Shown here: positions 50,541-62,899 of the stretch, piece by piece
Position numbering within the stretch: the stretch's first letter is position 1
Layout of the letters: the number at the start of each line of letters is the position of its first letter
Assembly (NCBI RefSeq): GCF_036321535.1
Contig: NC_087436.1
Span: 89,964,001-90,028,000, forward strand
Direction: 5' to 3'
DNA: 64,000 nucleotides
Source of the DNA: Camelus dromedarius
Taxonomy: Eukaryota
Program-made: the position numbers and the translations under genes
Notes under the pieces: model-generated
Databases searched by the model: none
Told to the model about the DNA's origin: nothing
The model's input: only the letters and a program-made list of their open reading frames with translations

Positions 50541-51907
50541 TTTTATTGTTGTTATCTATTTTATTTTATTTTTATATTTTTATTTATTTATATTTATATA
50601 TTTCTATTCATTTATTTATATAGTTTATTATATGTTATTTTTTAATTATATATTATATATACTTATATATTTTATTATTTACATATACACACATCCTTGC
50701 TTAAAGATCATATAGTAGAATGCTGGTTTTCAAACTGACCTTTTTGCAACTCTTATTTAGGGAACTGATTAAGGATTGCTCTTGTTGGATGGTATAGAAA
50801 TAGAATAAACAACAGTGGAAGAAGTAGGCAGGGATCCATGACCTGTGCCCATGATTATCCAGTTCAGGTCTACTTTTAGCTTTTTTGTATATTGGGATTT
50901 GTGGTAAGTTTTTATCTGAGAACAGGACTCTATAAATCAAACCAATACCAAAGCAAAACAAAACCCAAATGTTTAAAAACAATTGGATATACTTCAAGCT
51001 CTGCATTGTTAGATGAAGGAACACAGTCCTTAAAATATCCTTTGATTAATGCCTAAGTCACCATTTTAGACCATTTCCTAATACATGTGCCAGTCCTTTT
51101 TATGCCGTGACACATTGCTTCGCTTTATGTTAGTCTTTATCCGTTCTATTTAATTCAGTTTATTTCAATAAACATTATGCCCCTCCTGTATCCCATGCAT
51201 ATATTAAGCACTAGAGCCATGAAGATGGATAATATGTGAATGCTTTCCCTCCAAAATCTCAGCGTACTTAACAGACAACAGAAAACATAGATTTCAGAAT
51301 ACGGAAGTAAATACTACTATGAGGTACACCCAAATAGAATTAAGGCCTGTTAAGGCAGGGGTATTTGAGAAAGGGCCTTTATTCCTGATTTTGTTCATTC
51401 TGGGTACCAGAATCTTAATTCTAATATTCAGAAAATATCCACATGTTTCACATATCAAGATGAAACAGCGTTAAAGTTCTCTCATTTGTGTTTCTATTAC
51501 ATCATGATTATTTAGTCTTGTCTTTGAGGAAGCCTATGATCTCTTTAGTGAGAGGCTATAACAAAGCCACTTGAGCTGATGTTTGTGAGAATGACTTCTT
51601 CATTAATAGATTCTGATGCCATGAGTTTAGTTTATAATCATAAAGTACTGTCAATAAACCCATGTGTCTAATAAATTAGAACGACAAGAAAAACATGGAG
51701 AGGATATCTTTAAATTTAGGTAGAAAAAGTCATCTTAGTTATTTCAGGTATTCAAGTCCCAAGTTTCTTTTATGATTAAAGGAATCAATTTTTTTTACCA
51801 ATGGTATCCAATTTGCAATTTCCTTCTTTGATGTTCTGCTAGCATCGTGTTACTTAAACGAAGCAAATATGAAGTTAGCTTTAAGCAGCTACTTAAATTC
51901 TTTTGAA

Positions 51908-52165
51908 GTATAGTGGAAAGCAGCAGGGTTTTAGACTTAGGAAGATCTGGGATTTAAACACCAGCTCTGCCATTTAGTAGCTCTGTAACCCTGGGCAACT
52001 TATTTAACTTCTCTGAGTTTTCATTACTCTATCTATAAAATAAATATAATCATATTAGAGTGGAAGATTTCTTCTAGGTATTAAATGAAATACTAAATAT
52101 ATTCAACAAAACCTAACATAGACCCTACTAAAAAGTAACTATTCACTTAATGTCAGTTATTATTA
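51908..52165 (+). mobile_element. MIR SINE
   Basis: gtatagtggaaagcagc...ccagctctgccatttagtagctctgtaaccctgggcaacttatttaacttctctgag. Confidence 0.9.
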
Positions 52166-52637
52166 ATGTTACATACTGAAATATTTCTCAATTTTATTTT
52201 TTATTTTGCATATACAAATATCTTAGAATAATATTATACCTAATTTGAACTACTTTTTATTTAGAATATTCTAGAGGCTTTTACCCAAGACCAACCAAAG
52301 ACATAAGGAAAGGCTTGGCTGACATGAGGAGGAACAGAATAAATGCAGAGAAAGTCTGGTAACACAAGATTAGTCTATGACTGAAGATGGACCATGGCAA
52401 TAGCAACTATTATCCCTGCATTTCACAAGATTCAAGCACCAAGTAAGAAGCAGCAATTGTCTGGCACTTAAGGAAGGGCAAGGGCATGTAGAAAGATCTT
52501 ATCTGTGGTGCAGGTATGCAGAAATTACTAACATTGAAAGAGAAGCAAGGCCACTAAAAAAAGCTGGTACTCTATTCCCCACTTTACACACAAGGTAAGG
52601 ACAGCCCATTACTAAAATAATTTGAAGAATATGCATC

Positions 52638-53121
52638 TGTATCAGTCAGGGTTCTTTAGAGAATTAGAACTAAAAGGGTGTATACAAACAGATGCATAGA
52701 AAAGGATTTACTGTAAGGGATTTTCTCACATTATTATGGAGGCTAAAAAGTCCCATGATCAGCCATCACTAAGCTGGAGGCCCAGGAAACAACTGAGAAC
52801 CATGAGGCCAGTGGTATGAGTTCCAGCCTGAGTCCAAAAGCCCAAGAACCAGAAGCATCGATGTTCTAGGGCAGGAGAAGTTAGATATCCCTGCTTAAGC
52901 ACAACAAGCAGATTCTCCCTTCCTCTGTCTCTTTGTTCTAATCAGAGCTTTAACAGATTGAATGATGCATTTGTGAGGGCAATCTTCTTTACTCAGTCTC
53001 CCTATTCACATGCTAATATCTTCTGAAAATATTCTCATGGACACACCCAGAAAAAATGTTTTACAAGCTGTCTTGGTATCCCTTAGCCCAGGCAAACTGA
53101 CAGAGAAAATTAACAATCATA
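52638..53121 (-). mobile_element. ERV-L LTR, MLT2-like, solo
   Basis: tgtatcagtcagggttct...ttatggaggctaaaaagtcccatgatc...ctcatggacacacccagaaa...actgacagagaaaattaacaatcata. Confidence 0.92.
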
Positions 53122-53748
53122 ATATCTCTGAAGGTAATAATAACAATAACAAAACCCAAATAGAGTTCAACTGCAAACTAAATTAGCTTACCCCCCTACA
53201 CTGACAGCATGGCAAAAGAGGCATGACCATTTTCCAGCAAAAATACTATTTACTTTAGTCTTTATTATTCCTGACACTTACTCAAGAAAATTATGACATC
53301 TAAAAATGTAAGACAAAAAAATTAAAATTATTGTCAAGAGATAAAGCAATCGACAAAATCAGACTTGGGGATGGTCCTGGTCTTGGATTATGAGATAGAG
53401 ACATTTACATAAAATTAGTATGTTACAGGATCTACTGGAAAAGGTAGGTAACATACACATGTGAGGCAATTTTAGCAAAAAGATGGACAGCATAAGAAAG
53501 CAAAATAAGAATACTAGAATTTTAAAAAATGTCATGAGATAAATAATTCCTTTGATGGATTTATTAGTAGGTTGGACATAAAAGAAGAAAGAAAGAAGAA
53601 AAAAGAGGGAATTCAAGAACAAAGAAACAATATGGAACAGTCAAGTATATGGATAATTGGAGTCCCAGAAGGAGAAAAGAAAATCGGGGTACAGAAGTAA
53701 TATTTGAAGAGGTAATTGCCAAGATGTCCACAGACTCTTAATCAGTAT

Positions 53749-53779
<31 letters not shown>

Positions 53780-54460
53780 CACACAAAGAGAAACAAACTA
53801 ACAAAAATTACCCACTTAGATACATCATAGTCAAAATGTTGGTGAAAAAATATTTCAAAAAATTTTAGCACAATCAGGAAAAAAAAGAGAACATTACATA
53901 CAAAGAAAAAAAAATCTTATTGATCAGAAATTATGCAAGCCAGAATATAAAAGGATTACATCTTTAAATAATGGAGAAAAGTAAAAACACTCAAGGCAGA
54001 ATTGTATGCCCAAAGAATATATCTTGCAAAAAACTAAGATGAAATAAAGAACATTTTTTATTGCCAGCAGACTATTTTAAGAAATTTTTCAAACCATGTT
54101 AAGAAATATGATACCAGATAGAAATTTGAATCTAGGCAAAGAAAAAGTAATATGGGAAATAACATACACACAAAAAGAGACGCAACTAGAAACTACATAT
54201 TTTCTTATTCTTAATATCTAGAACATATTTCATTCTCCAAAGCAAAAATGTATTAATATAATATAAGACTTACAACATATATGAAAGTAAAATTATGAGA
54301 ATAATAGTGCAATGGGTGGGAATACATAATTGATTTATACTGTTATAATTTTCTTAAACTCTTTGTGAATTGGTATAATATTATTTGAATATAAAATCTG
54401 ATGTTAAAGATGCATATTGTAAGCCCTATGGCAACTACAAGAAAAAGAAATATAAGTAAC

Positions 54461-55480
54461 ATACATTCAAATTGGATTAAAGACTTAAATGTAAAACCTG
54501 AAAGCATAAAAACTCCTAGAATAAAACATAAACAGTAAGCTTCTCTGTATAGGTCTTGGCAATGATTTTTATAATCTGACACCAAGAGCAAAAATAAGCA
54601 AGAGGAACTACATCAAACTATAAAGCTTCTTTACAGCAAAGAGAACCATCAACAAAATGAAAAGGCAACCCAGTGAATAGGAGAGAAATTTGCAGATCAT
54701 GTATCTGAGAAGGAGCTAATATCCTAAATATATAAATAACACATATAACTCAATAGCAACAACAACAAAAAACAAACAAACAATTGGGTTAAAAAATAGG
54801 CAGAAAATCTAAACAGACATTTTTCCAAAGAAGACATGCAGATGGCCAACAGATGCATGAAAAGATGCTCTACACCATTCATCTTCAAGGAAGTGCAAAT
54901 CAAAATCTCAGTGAGAAATCACCTCACACTTGTTAGAATGGCTATTACAAACAAACAAATAGCAAGTGTCAGTGAAGATGTGCAAAAAGGGAACCCTCAT
55001 ATAATTTTGATGAGAATATGAACTGGTGAAGCCACTCTGGAAAAGAGAACGGAGGTTTCTAAAAAAAGTTTAAAACAGAACTATCCAGCAGTTCAACTTA
55101 TACAAAGGAATGCAAACAGTAACTCAAAAAGACATCTGCACCCCATATTCATTGCAGCATTATTTGCAGTAGCCAAGATATGAAAATGACCTAAGTATTC
55201 ACTGATAGATGAATGAATAAAGAAATTGTGGTATGTTGTGAGTATATTACTCAGCAACAAAAAAAGAATAAAATCTTTCCATTCTGACAACATGGATGGA
55301 CCTAGATGGTATTATACTAAGTTAAATAAGTGAGACAGAGAAAGATAAATACTCTATGATCTCACTTTAATGTGGAATCTAAAAAAACAGAAAGCAAAAC
55401 CAAGTTCATAGATACAGGGAACACACTGGTGGTCGCCAAAGGTGGGGAATGGGCTTGTGGGAAAAAAGGGTGAAAAAAAA
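54461..55480 (+). mobile_element. Younger L1 (L1MA-like) ORF2 3' part + start of 3' UTR, nested
   Basis: tggattaaagacttaaatgtaaaacctgaaa...ttttccaaagaagacatgcagatggccaacag...gacaacatggatggacctaga. Confidence 0.9.
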
Positions 55481-56016
55481 TATGACTTGTGCCTCCTGGT
55501 ATGATGCATGGAGAAGGATATATTTTTTTGTTTGTGTTCTTGCTAAAATTGTATAACCGAAATCTAACGTGAGGAAATGTCAGAAAACTCCAGAGAAACA
55601 TTCTACAAAATAACTTGTCTACTCTCTTAAAAAATATCAAGGGTAAAATACACAAAGACAGATGGGCTATAAACAATATTATTCAAATGTCAAAGTTTGA
55701 TTAACGTCTATAAATTAGATAATAGTATTGTAACAAGTTTTAATTCCTGATTTGGATCATTGATCCTAGGAAACACACACAAAATTATTTAGAGCTGAGA
55801 GGTATCTTGTCTAAACTTACCCTTAAATGGTTTAATAATAATGATGATGATTGATAACAATATTACGAAGCAGAATATGTATATATGGAAACAAAATGAT
55901 CAAAGGTGTGGAAAAATCTTTACCTTTGGGACTATCACAGGAGGGTGCTCTTTTTTTAATTATTCTTTTCTGTAAGTCTGAAATTATTTCAAGCTAAAAA
56001 TTGACTAAATAACTTC
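55481..56016 (+). mobile_element. L1MC-like 3' UTR fragment, nested
   Basis: gtgcctcctggtatgatgca...aaatctaacgtgaggaaa...cattctacaaaataact...ttctgtaagtctgaaattatttcaa. Confidence 0.7.
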
Positions 56017-56531
56017 AAAAAGAGGTATAAGTAGTAGTGAAAATAAATGAAATCATAAAAATACTCAATTAATACAAAAAGACATAAAAAAGGATGAAAA
56101 GAGAGAAAAGAACAGATGGAACAAACAGAAGACAACTACCAATATGATAGATTTAAAACTCATCAAATCCAAGATTTGATTAAACTAAAATGGTCTAAAT
56201 ATCTCAAATAAAATGAAGGGTTTATCAGATTGGATAAAAAATAAGACTGAACTACATATGACCTATAAAGAAACTATGTATAAAGGTGTACATAGATTAA
56301 AAGTAAAAAAAGAAGGAAAAGAAATAAAATAATAAAAATAAAAACAGGAATAATTTAAATTAAAAACAGAAAAACACCAAAGAACACCAATGAAGCAAAA
56401 AGGTGGTTCTTTGAACATATCAATACAACGGACAATCTTCAGCCTGAGTGATCAGAAAATCAAGAGAAAAAAAAAAACACAAATTATCAAAATCAGGAAT
56501 GAAAAAAGTGGCATCTCTAGATTCTACAGGC

Positions 56532-56752
56532 TAAATTTTGGCAATTTTTTTCTTTAAAATTACCACTAGTAAATATTGGAATTTCCATGCCACAATACAG
56601 CCTCTGTAGCCTAGTACTGTTTGTTTGTTTGTTTGTTTGTTTGTTTGTTTCTGCAACCATTTAAAAATGTAAAAAACATTTTTTACCTTGTGGGGCATAG
56701 AGAAACAGTCAGTGGGCCAGAGCTGGCCCTCAGACTACAGTTTGAAAACCTA
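56532..56752. mobile_element. MER58-family hAT-Charlie MITE containing (TTTG)n at 56618-56650
   Basis: caaccatttaaaaatgtaaaaaacatt...gggccagagctggccc..tacagtttg; interrupts the L1 ORF2. Confidence 0.7.
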
Positions 56753-57086
56753 GATTAAAAGGATAATAAGTCAAAATTATGAACAATTTTAAGCCAGTAA
56801 ATTAGTACAATTTTCTTAAAATATAAAAACTTACAATATTCACTCAAAAAGAAATAAATAACAGAGTTGACTACATATTTATTAAAATAATTGAGTTTGT
56901 AGTTAAAAACTTCCCAACAAAGAGAACTCCAGCCTAGATAACTTCACTGGCAAATTACTAACAAACATTAAAGGAAGAAATGGTACCAGTTATACATATT
57001 CTTCTAGGCTATAGGACAAGGTTGAGAATTTCCAACTCATTTTATGAGGAAGGAAAACACTACGAAATAATAACCCTCAAGAACAC

Positions 57087-57300
57087 TGTATTAGTTTCCT
57101 CTGGCTGCTACAACAAATTACTACAAATTTGGTGGATTAAAATAACAGAAATTTATTCTCTCACACTTCTGGAGGCTAAAAGTTTGAACTCAGTACAAGT
57201 GGGTGTAAATCATGGAGTTGGCAAGGCTGCACTCTCTCCAGAGGCTTTTAGGAAGGAATGGAGTGTTCCAGAGGCTTTTAGGAACACTCCATTCCTTTCC
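57087..57300 (-). mobile_element. Truncated MaLR LTR (MLT1-like)
   Basis: tgtattagtttcct..ggctgctacaacaaattactacaaatttggtgg.ttaaaataacagaaatttattctctcaca.ttctggaggc. Confidence 0.9.
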
Positions 57301-60300
57301 TTTCCCAAAAATAATTTGGCATTTATGCTAAAAATTGTCAGCAAAGGAGGAATAAAAAGGAACTTTCTCAACCTGGTTAAAGGCATTTACTACGTCCCAT
57401 TCCCCAGTGCAGCTAATATCACATATAATGTTGACACATTTCTGCTAAGATCGAGAGAAAGACAGTGATGTCCTCTCTTACCATTATGAGTCAATGTCAT
57501 AATGAATGTCCTAACCAGTGAAATGAAGCAAGAAAAAATTAAAGGTATAGAAATGGGAAAGAATAATTAAAACTAATTCATACTTTGATATAATTATCTA
57601 CATAGGAAACCCAAAAGAATTTACAAAATTTCTCTAGTATCAATTAATGTATTCAGTAGAATTGCAGGATAGAAGCTGATTTACTAAAACCATTTCAATT
57701 TATATCAGTCATCAAAAAATTAAATTTAAATTTTAAAATTACTATTTAAAATAGGATGAAAATGACATCTACAGAAAAAATTTAACATAATATATTCAAG
57801 ATTTAAAAATATAAAATCTAAATAGATGGGAAATAAAAATCAAATTTTGTATTTCTATATACTTACAGTAAACAGCTGAAAATAAAAAAAAATATGATTT
57901 ACAATAGGATAAAAAAGGGGAAGCACTTAGGGAAAAATCTAATAAAGTATGAATAAAATGAATATAATGAAAACTAAAACATCAATGAGAGAAATCAAAG
58001 AAGACCTAAATAAATGAAAAATTATTTGGAAGACTCAATATTAAAATGTCAGTGATTCCCAAATAGATTTGTGGATCCAAAGTAATTTCAAACACAATCC
58101 TAGCAGTGTACTTCTTTTTTATAGATTAATAAGTTTATTTTAAAATATTTATGGACATGTAAAGAATCTAAAATAGTCAAAACCATTTTGAAAACAAAGA
58201 ATGAAGTAGAACTCCTAATATCTGATTTCAAGACTTATAACAAATGTACTGTATTCCAGACAGTATGGTATTAGCATAAGGATCATTGGCTCTGAATAGA
58301 GAGTCCAGAAATAGGCTTACATATATACTAGCAATTAGTTTTCAACAAAAGTTGACAAGGTAATAAAACGGAGAAAGAATAGTCTTTTCAACAAATGGCA
58401 ATGCACCAGCTGGATATCTACATTAAAAAAAGGAGACCAATGCATACTTTGCTCAATACTCAAAAATCAACACAAATTGGATTGTAGACTTAAACTTTTA
58501 GAAACAGTCATAAGAGAAGATCTTTCTGAGCTTGGATTAAGAAAAGAGCTCTTAGATAGATCATAAAATCACAGACCATAAAAGAAAACCACATTGATAC
58601 TTGTACTTCTCAAAATTAAAAATATTTGATTTTTAAAAGACACTAAAGAAAATAAAAAGACAAACTACAGACTTGGAGAAAATATTTACAAACCATATAT
58701 CCATTAAAAAACTAATATAAATCCTTATAATTCAACAACAGTAATAATGATAATAACAATAATACATTAGAAATGGAAAACAATTTTGAATAGACTCTTT
58801 AAGAGAGAGATGGATGGCAAACAAGCATATCCAAAAGGTTCAACATCGTTAAAGACCAAAATGAGATTTCATTACACACATGTTAATCAGCATGGCTGAA
58901 AAATGGCAATGCCTAATGTTGACAAGAATGCACAGCAACTGTTGCACACTACTTCCAGGAAAACAAATGGTGAAGTCACTTTGGAGAACAGTTTAGCAGT
59001 TCATGTATAATACATAAGAAGCTTCTGTGTATATAATATAATATAGTAAAAGATACAACCCAGCAATCCTCACCCTGAGCATCTAACCAAGAGAATGAAG
59101 ATATATCTCCACCAAAAAAGACTATAAAACTGATTATAGCAGCAACTGGAAAAAGAAAAAACATACAATGAATAAACAAAGCTTGGTACATCCATACATT
59201 AAATTTTGATTCCCAATAAAAGGAACATAATATTGACAGCATCTAATAGAGCAGAATCTTAAATTTTTTGTGGTAAATGAAAGACACAGAAACACAAAAC
59301 TGTGTATTTTGTGTTCTGTTTATATTACATTCTGGAAAAAGCAAAGTACAGAGATAGACATCAAAACTATAATTTCCAGGACGGGGTATGACATGGCTTG
59401 ACTACAAAGAAGCATGGTGAAACTTGGGATAGTGGGAATATTCTATGTCTTCACAGTGACACAATTATATATATTTGTCAAAACCTATGGAATTGTACTT
59501 CTAAACGGTAAATTTAACCATTTGGAAATTATCTTAGTAATCATGATCTAAAACAACCTAAGCAAAGTTATTTACAGTCATTTCTGTTAGATTTTAACTG
59601 GGTCAAAACTTCCCAGAACTAAATTCTGTCATCCAGTATATAAGTACATTTTCTCTTTTAGCCTCATATTTTTTACTATCTTTCAAAAAATGCCTTTTAA
59701 TTTTCTTTCAGGGTGACATTGATCAATTATATCTATACTGTCCTTGTTTGGTTGACTAACCAGCTTTAAATCCATACAGACTACAGCTACCAAACAGACT
59801 AAAACAACATGTACTCCAAAGACTTCAAAGCCATGACCCTCCACCATGTCTGTCAGCAGCAAGTTCTTGCCCTGCAGTCAACTGAGCTATAGAGAGGGCT
59901 GATGGAGTTCTCTGAAAGCAATAATTTCTGTCTTGAATTCCAGCATGAAAAAAGTAAACTTCTGAGGCTAATCCACATATAAATTAATATGGGAAAGTGA
60001 TATTATTTGACCTTGTTTCCTGATCACACCATTTCCTTTGTATTCTGAAGGTATATAAATACATGGTAATTGCACTGTGCTTAAAATTTAAATGATGTTG
60101 GTTGTGAGCCTAGAAGAAAGATCAGCATATATGCATGTCAACAGCTACATGAGTAATTGAGGGCAACAGTTCTTAACCTTTAAGGGAGGGGAAAAATAAT
60201 CCCTTACAGGTAGTCCAATATTTGCTGAATCAATGAGAGTTTGATGGAACTTCTTCCCAGAAAAAAAATGCATGTATATTATTCGTGTAAAATGAAGTTC

Positions 60301-60504
60301 AAAGACTATGAATCCCATCCATCCTTTCATTAAGAGGTCACCAAACCCTAAGAGAAGGATAATCATTTTGTTGGCTTAGAAATACTCGTTAAGTTCATGG
60401 AAATATTTTAATATTCTTATAAATGTGATAAATTTAGCAAAGCTGGTCACGTATATATAGTGAACAAATATGTATTGACTGCATTTGGCCATTGTATATG
60501 GTAT

Positions 60505-60675
60505 TGGTGGTTTCCATGCAGGCCTCTGTATCCTTTGCTTAGGTATCTCCTGAGAAGCTTCTTAAAAATACAAATTTCAGCATTTTACCTCTGAAACCTT
60601 GAATCAGATTGTATAAGGTGGTGGAATTTCTATTTTTAAAGTGTCCACTTAAACAGCTGGATTCGGAAATATGGT
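60505..60675. mobile_element. Degraded MER5-like hAT MITE
   Basis: tctcctgagaagcttcttaaaaatacaaat...tgaatcaga...tctatttttaa. Confidence 0.4.
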
Positions 60676-61899
60676 TCAAAAATTAATAAGTTCTAGGCTA
60701 CTTTTCAGTGTTTATAAAAGCATGAAATTATCTAATATGTTCTTTAAGTTAAAGTTCTTCTCAATGAAAAAGAATTATTGATGACAAATTTATTCCTAAA
60801 GACCATGGCAGATAATTCCATGCCTTTATAACCATTTAAACATTTGTTCTGGGCAGAATGATTTATGGATGTCTTTAGCAGCAATGAAGGGACTGTTATC
60901 AAGTGAATTACTGACTTCAAAGAAAAAATATTGTAATACTAAAATAAAATTCAAATTCAGTTTTCAAAGAATAACATACAGATGTTCGTAATTCCTATGA
61001 TGGAAAAAATATGGCTGAAATTAATGTCATAAAGACTTCTAAGAATCAGCAGTATTAATCAAATATTTAATTATGGGGAAATATTTACAATATTATGCAT
61101 ATATGTTGTGTAAATTTCTAGATGCTTCCTCCCCTTCTACTCTACTTGTAAAATATTTTAATATGAATTTGACCTCATTTTTTTAAATTTCTCCCTTCTA
61201 TGCCTCATAGTTTGTTTCAGAGAGTAACTGTCCAGATTCGTATTCTTTGTCATTACCCTGGATAGCCAGACAAATATATTTCTCGCTTTTACCCATGAGA
61301 TATAATATAATTTCCATGATTAACTTTCAAGTCTTGTTTTGACCAACAAATATGCAATGTATCACAATTTTGAAGGGCTAAATTTGCACCAAATCCTTGT
61401 ACCATCTCAGTTTCCAATGAGAACTGTCTCACCATATTCACCCTTAAATACCATCCTGTAAACCCGAATTTGTGACAAATCTTCAATTACTGATTATGTC
61501 TTCATGACTTAAATGTTCTCATTTCTATAGCTAGTTAGCTTGCAGATAGGTAGACAGACTGACAGATAATTCACAATTAACTCTTTTTGATTCAACAATT
61601 ACAGTGTAGCCACTACAGCTAGGTATTAGGGACCCAAAGGCAACAGAGAGGGTCCCTGCCATAGAGAGGGTGTACCCTATGTTGTTATGACAAACACCAC
61701 AATATAAAATACCAACTGCTATAAATGGAACACATATACACTGTAGAAGTACAGAAAAATAGTTGTGGATATCTGATGATGATCGTATATATGTGATCTG
61801 TCCATAAATATTTAATGTAAAAATATCTTTCACATTGAGAGTCAACACATCAGACCTTATTTATCCGCAAATATTTAGACACTAGTATTCTTGGAGACT

Positions 61900-62400
61900 T
61901 TATAATTTGGATTTCTTTCAGACCACCCTTTACTTTTGCTCAAAATGAGTCAGGCTTCTGTAAAATTTTGTGGGTGGTGGTGAGTCCAAAATGGCTATAG
62001 GTCAGCAGGGATAGCAATTGGAGAAGAAAGCTGGCAGTGAAGGAATAGGGAAAAAGGGAAAACTGGAAACTGTGGTATTTCTTACAACCTCCAATCTTAA
62101 CAACTCAAGTAATTTGCAGAAGAAAATGGCATCCTATTTAATCTGCCTGCTACCAGGTGGCTAGTTGATGACCTTGGGGAATGGTACCATACTGGGAACT
62201 AAGTATTAGTATCTGCTATTCCCTGGTTGGAAATTTGCCAAGTCACATCATACTTGGTGAATGTATGTTGTTAAGTCTGCACATAACATTCATCACTTTG
62301 TGTAAGAGTGCAGTGTGTAAGGGCATGGGTGACTGGGGAAAGAGGCTAACTGACAGTCATACAACATATCATCTTGTTCACATGAATGTAAGGTCTTATT
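61900..62400 (-). mobile_element. Degraded ERV-L-class LTR-like sequence
   Basis: ggtcagcaggg..gcaattggagaagaaagctgg..gaaaactggaaact resembles old ERV-L LTRs. It lies downstream, on the minus strand, of the ERV-L pol remnant. Confidence 0.4.
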
Positions 62401-62782
62401 TTGCTGAGACTATCTTTAGTCAGAATTCACAGAAGGAACGGAAAATATCTAGATATCCTGTGTTCCCTGTCTATCCAAGTATCTCTTCCTCATTCTTTCT
62501 TGTCACCAATTTTCCAAATGTGTCCCTTCCAGTCTCTGAGTTTTAGCCACAACCTACGAATTAATGTGGATACTGTCTCTGATAATCTCTAATTTCAAAA
62601 AAAACCAAAACCAAAAAAAAAAAACCCCAAAAAACTATATACTACTCGAAGTTCTGCCTATTGGAAGTTTTTTTCACTTTATTCAGGGATGTCCTGGAAT
62701 AAAACTGTTAAACTGAAGTTGTCTCCTTTTGGGTGGTTCTACCTAATCCTACAGAACCATTTGTAAATAAGGCCTGAGTGTT

Positions 62783-62838
<56 letters not shown>
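62783..62838. repeat. (GTT)n trinucleotide microsatellite, ~18 perfect units
   Basis: Read directly. Confidence 0.98.
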
Positions 62839-62839
<1 letters not shown>

Positions 62840-62899
62840 TCATCCTCAGTTAACTAGTCACAGAAAACTCCTAAAGAGACTCTAGGTGAAGTTTGAGAG

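Larger units (their letters stand above)
53122..59540 (+). mobile_element. Long composite ancient L1 (ORF1, inter-ORF, ORF2, 3' UTR) with nested insertions
   Basis: A-rich, with collinear L1 motifs: ataattggagtcccagaaggaga (ORF1), ggaagactcaatattaaaatgtca and tatctgatttcaagacttata (ORF2), gggatagtgggaatattctatgtctt (3' UTR). Many stops and frameshifts. Confidence 0.85.

Noticed and set aside
56980..57468. 162-aa ORF as a gene
   Set aside because: Chance read-through of L1 ORF2, antisense MLT1, the local duplication (PEAFR twice) and L1 again.
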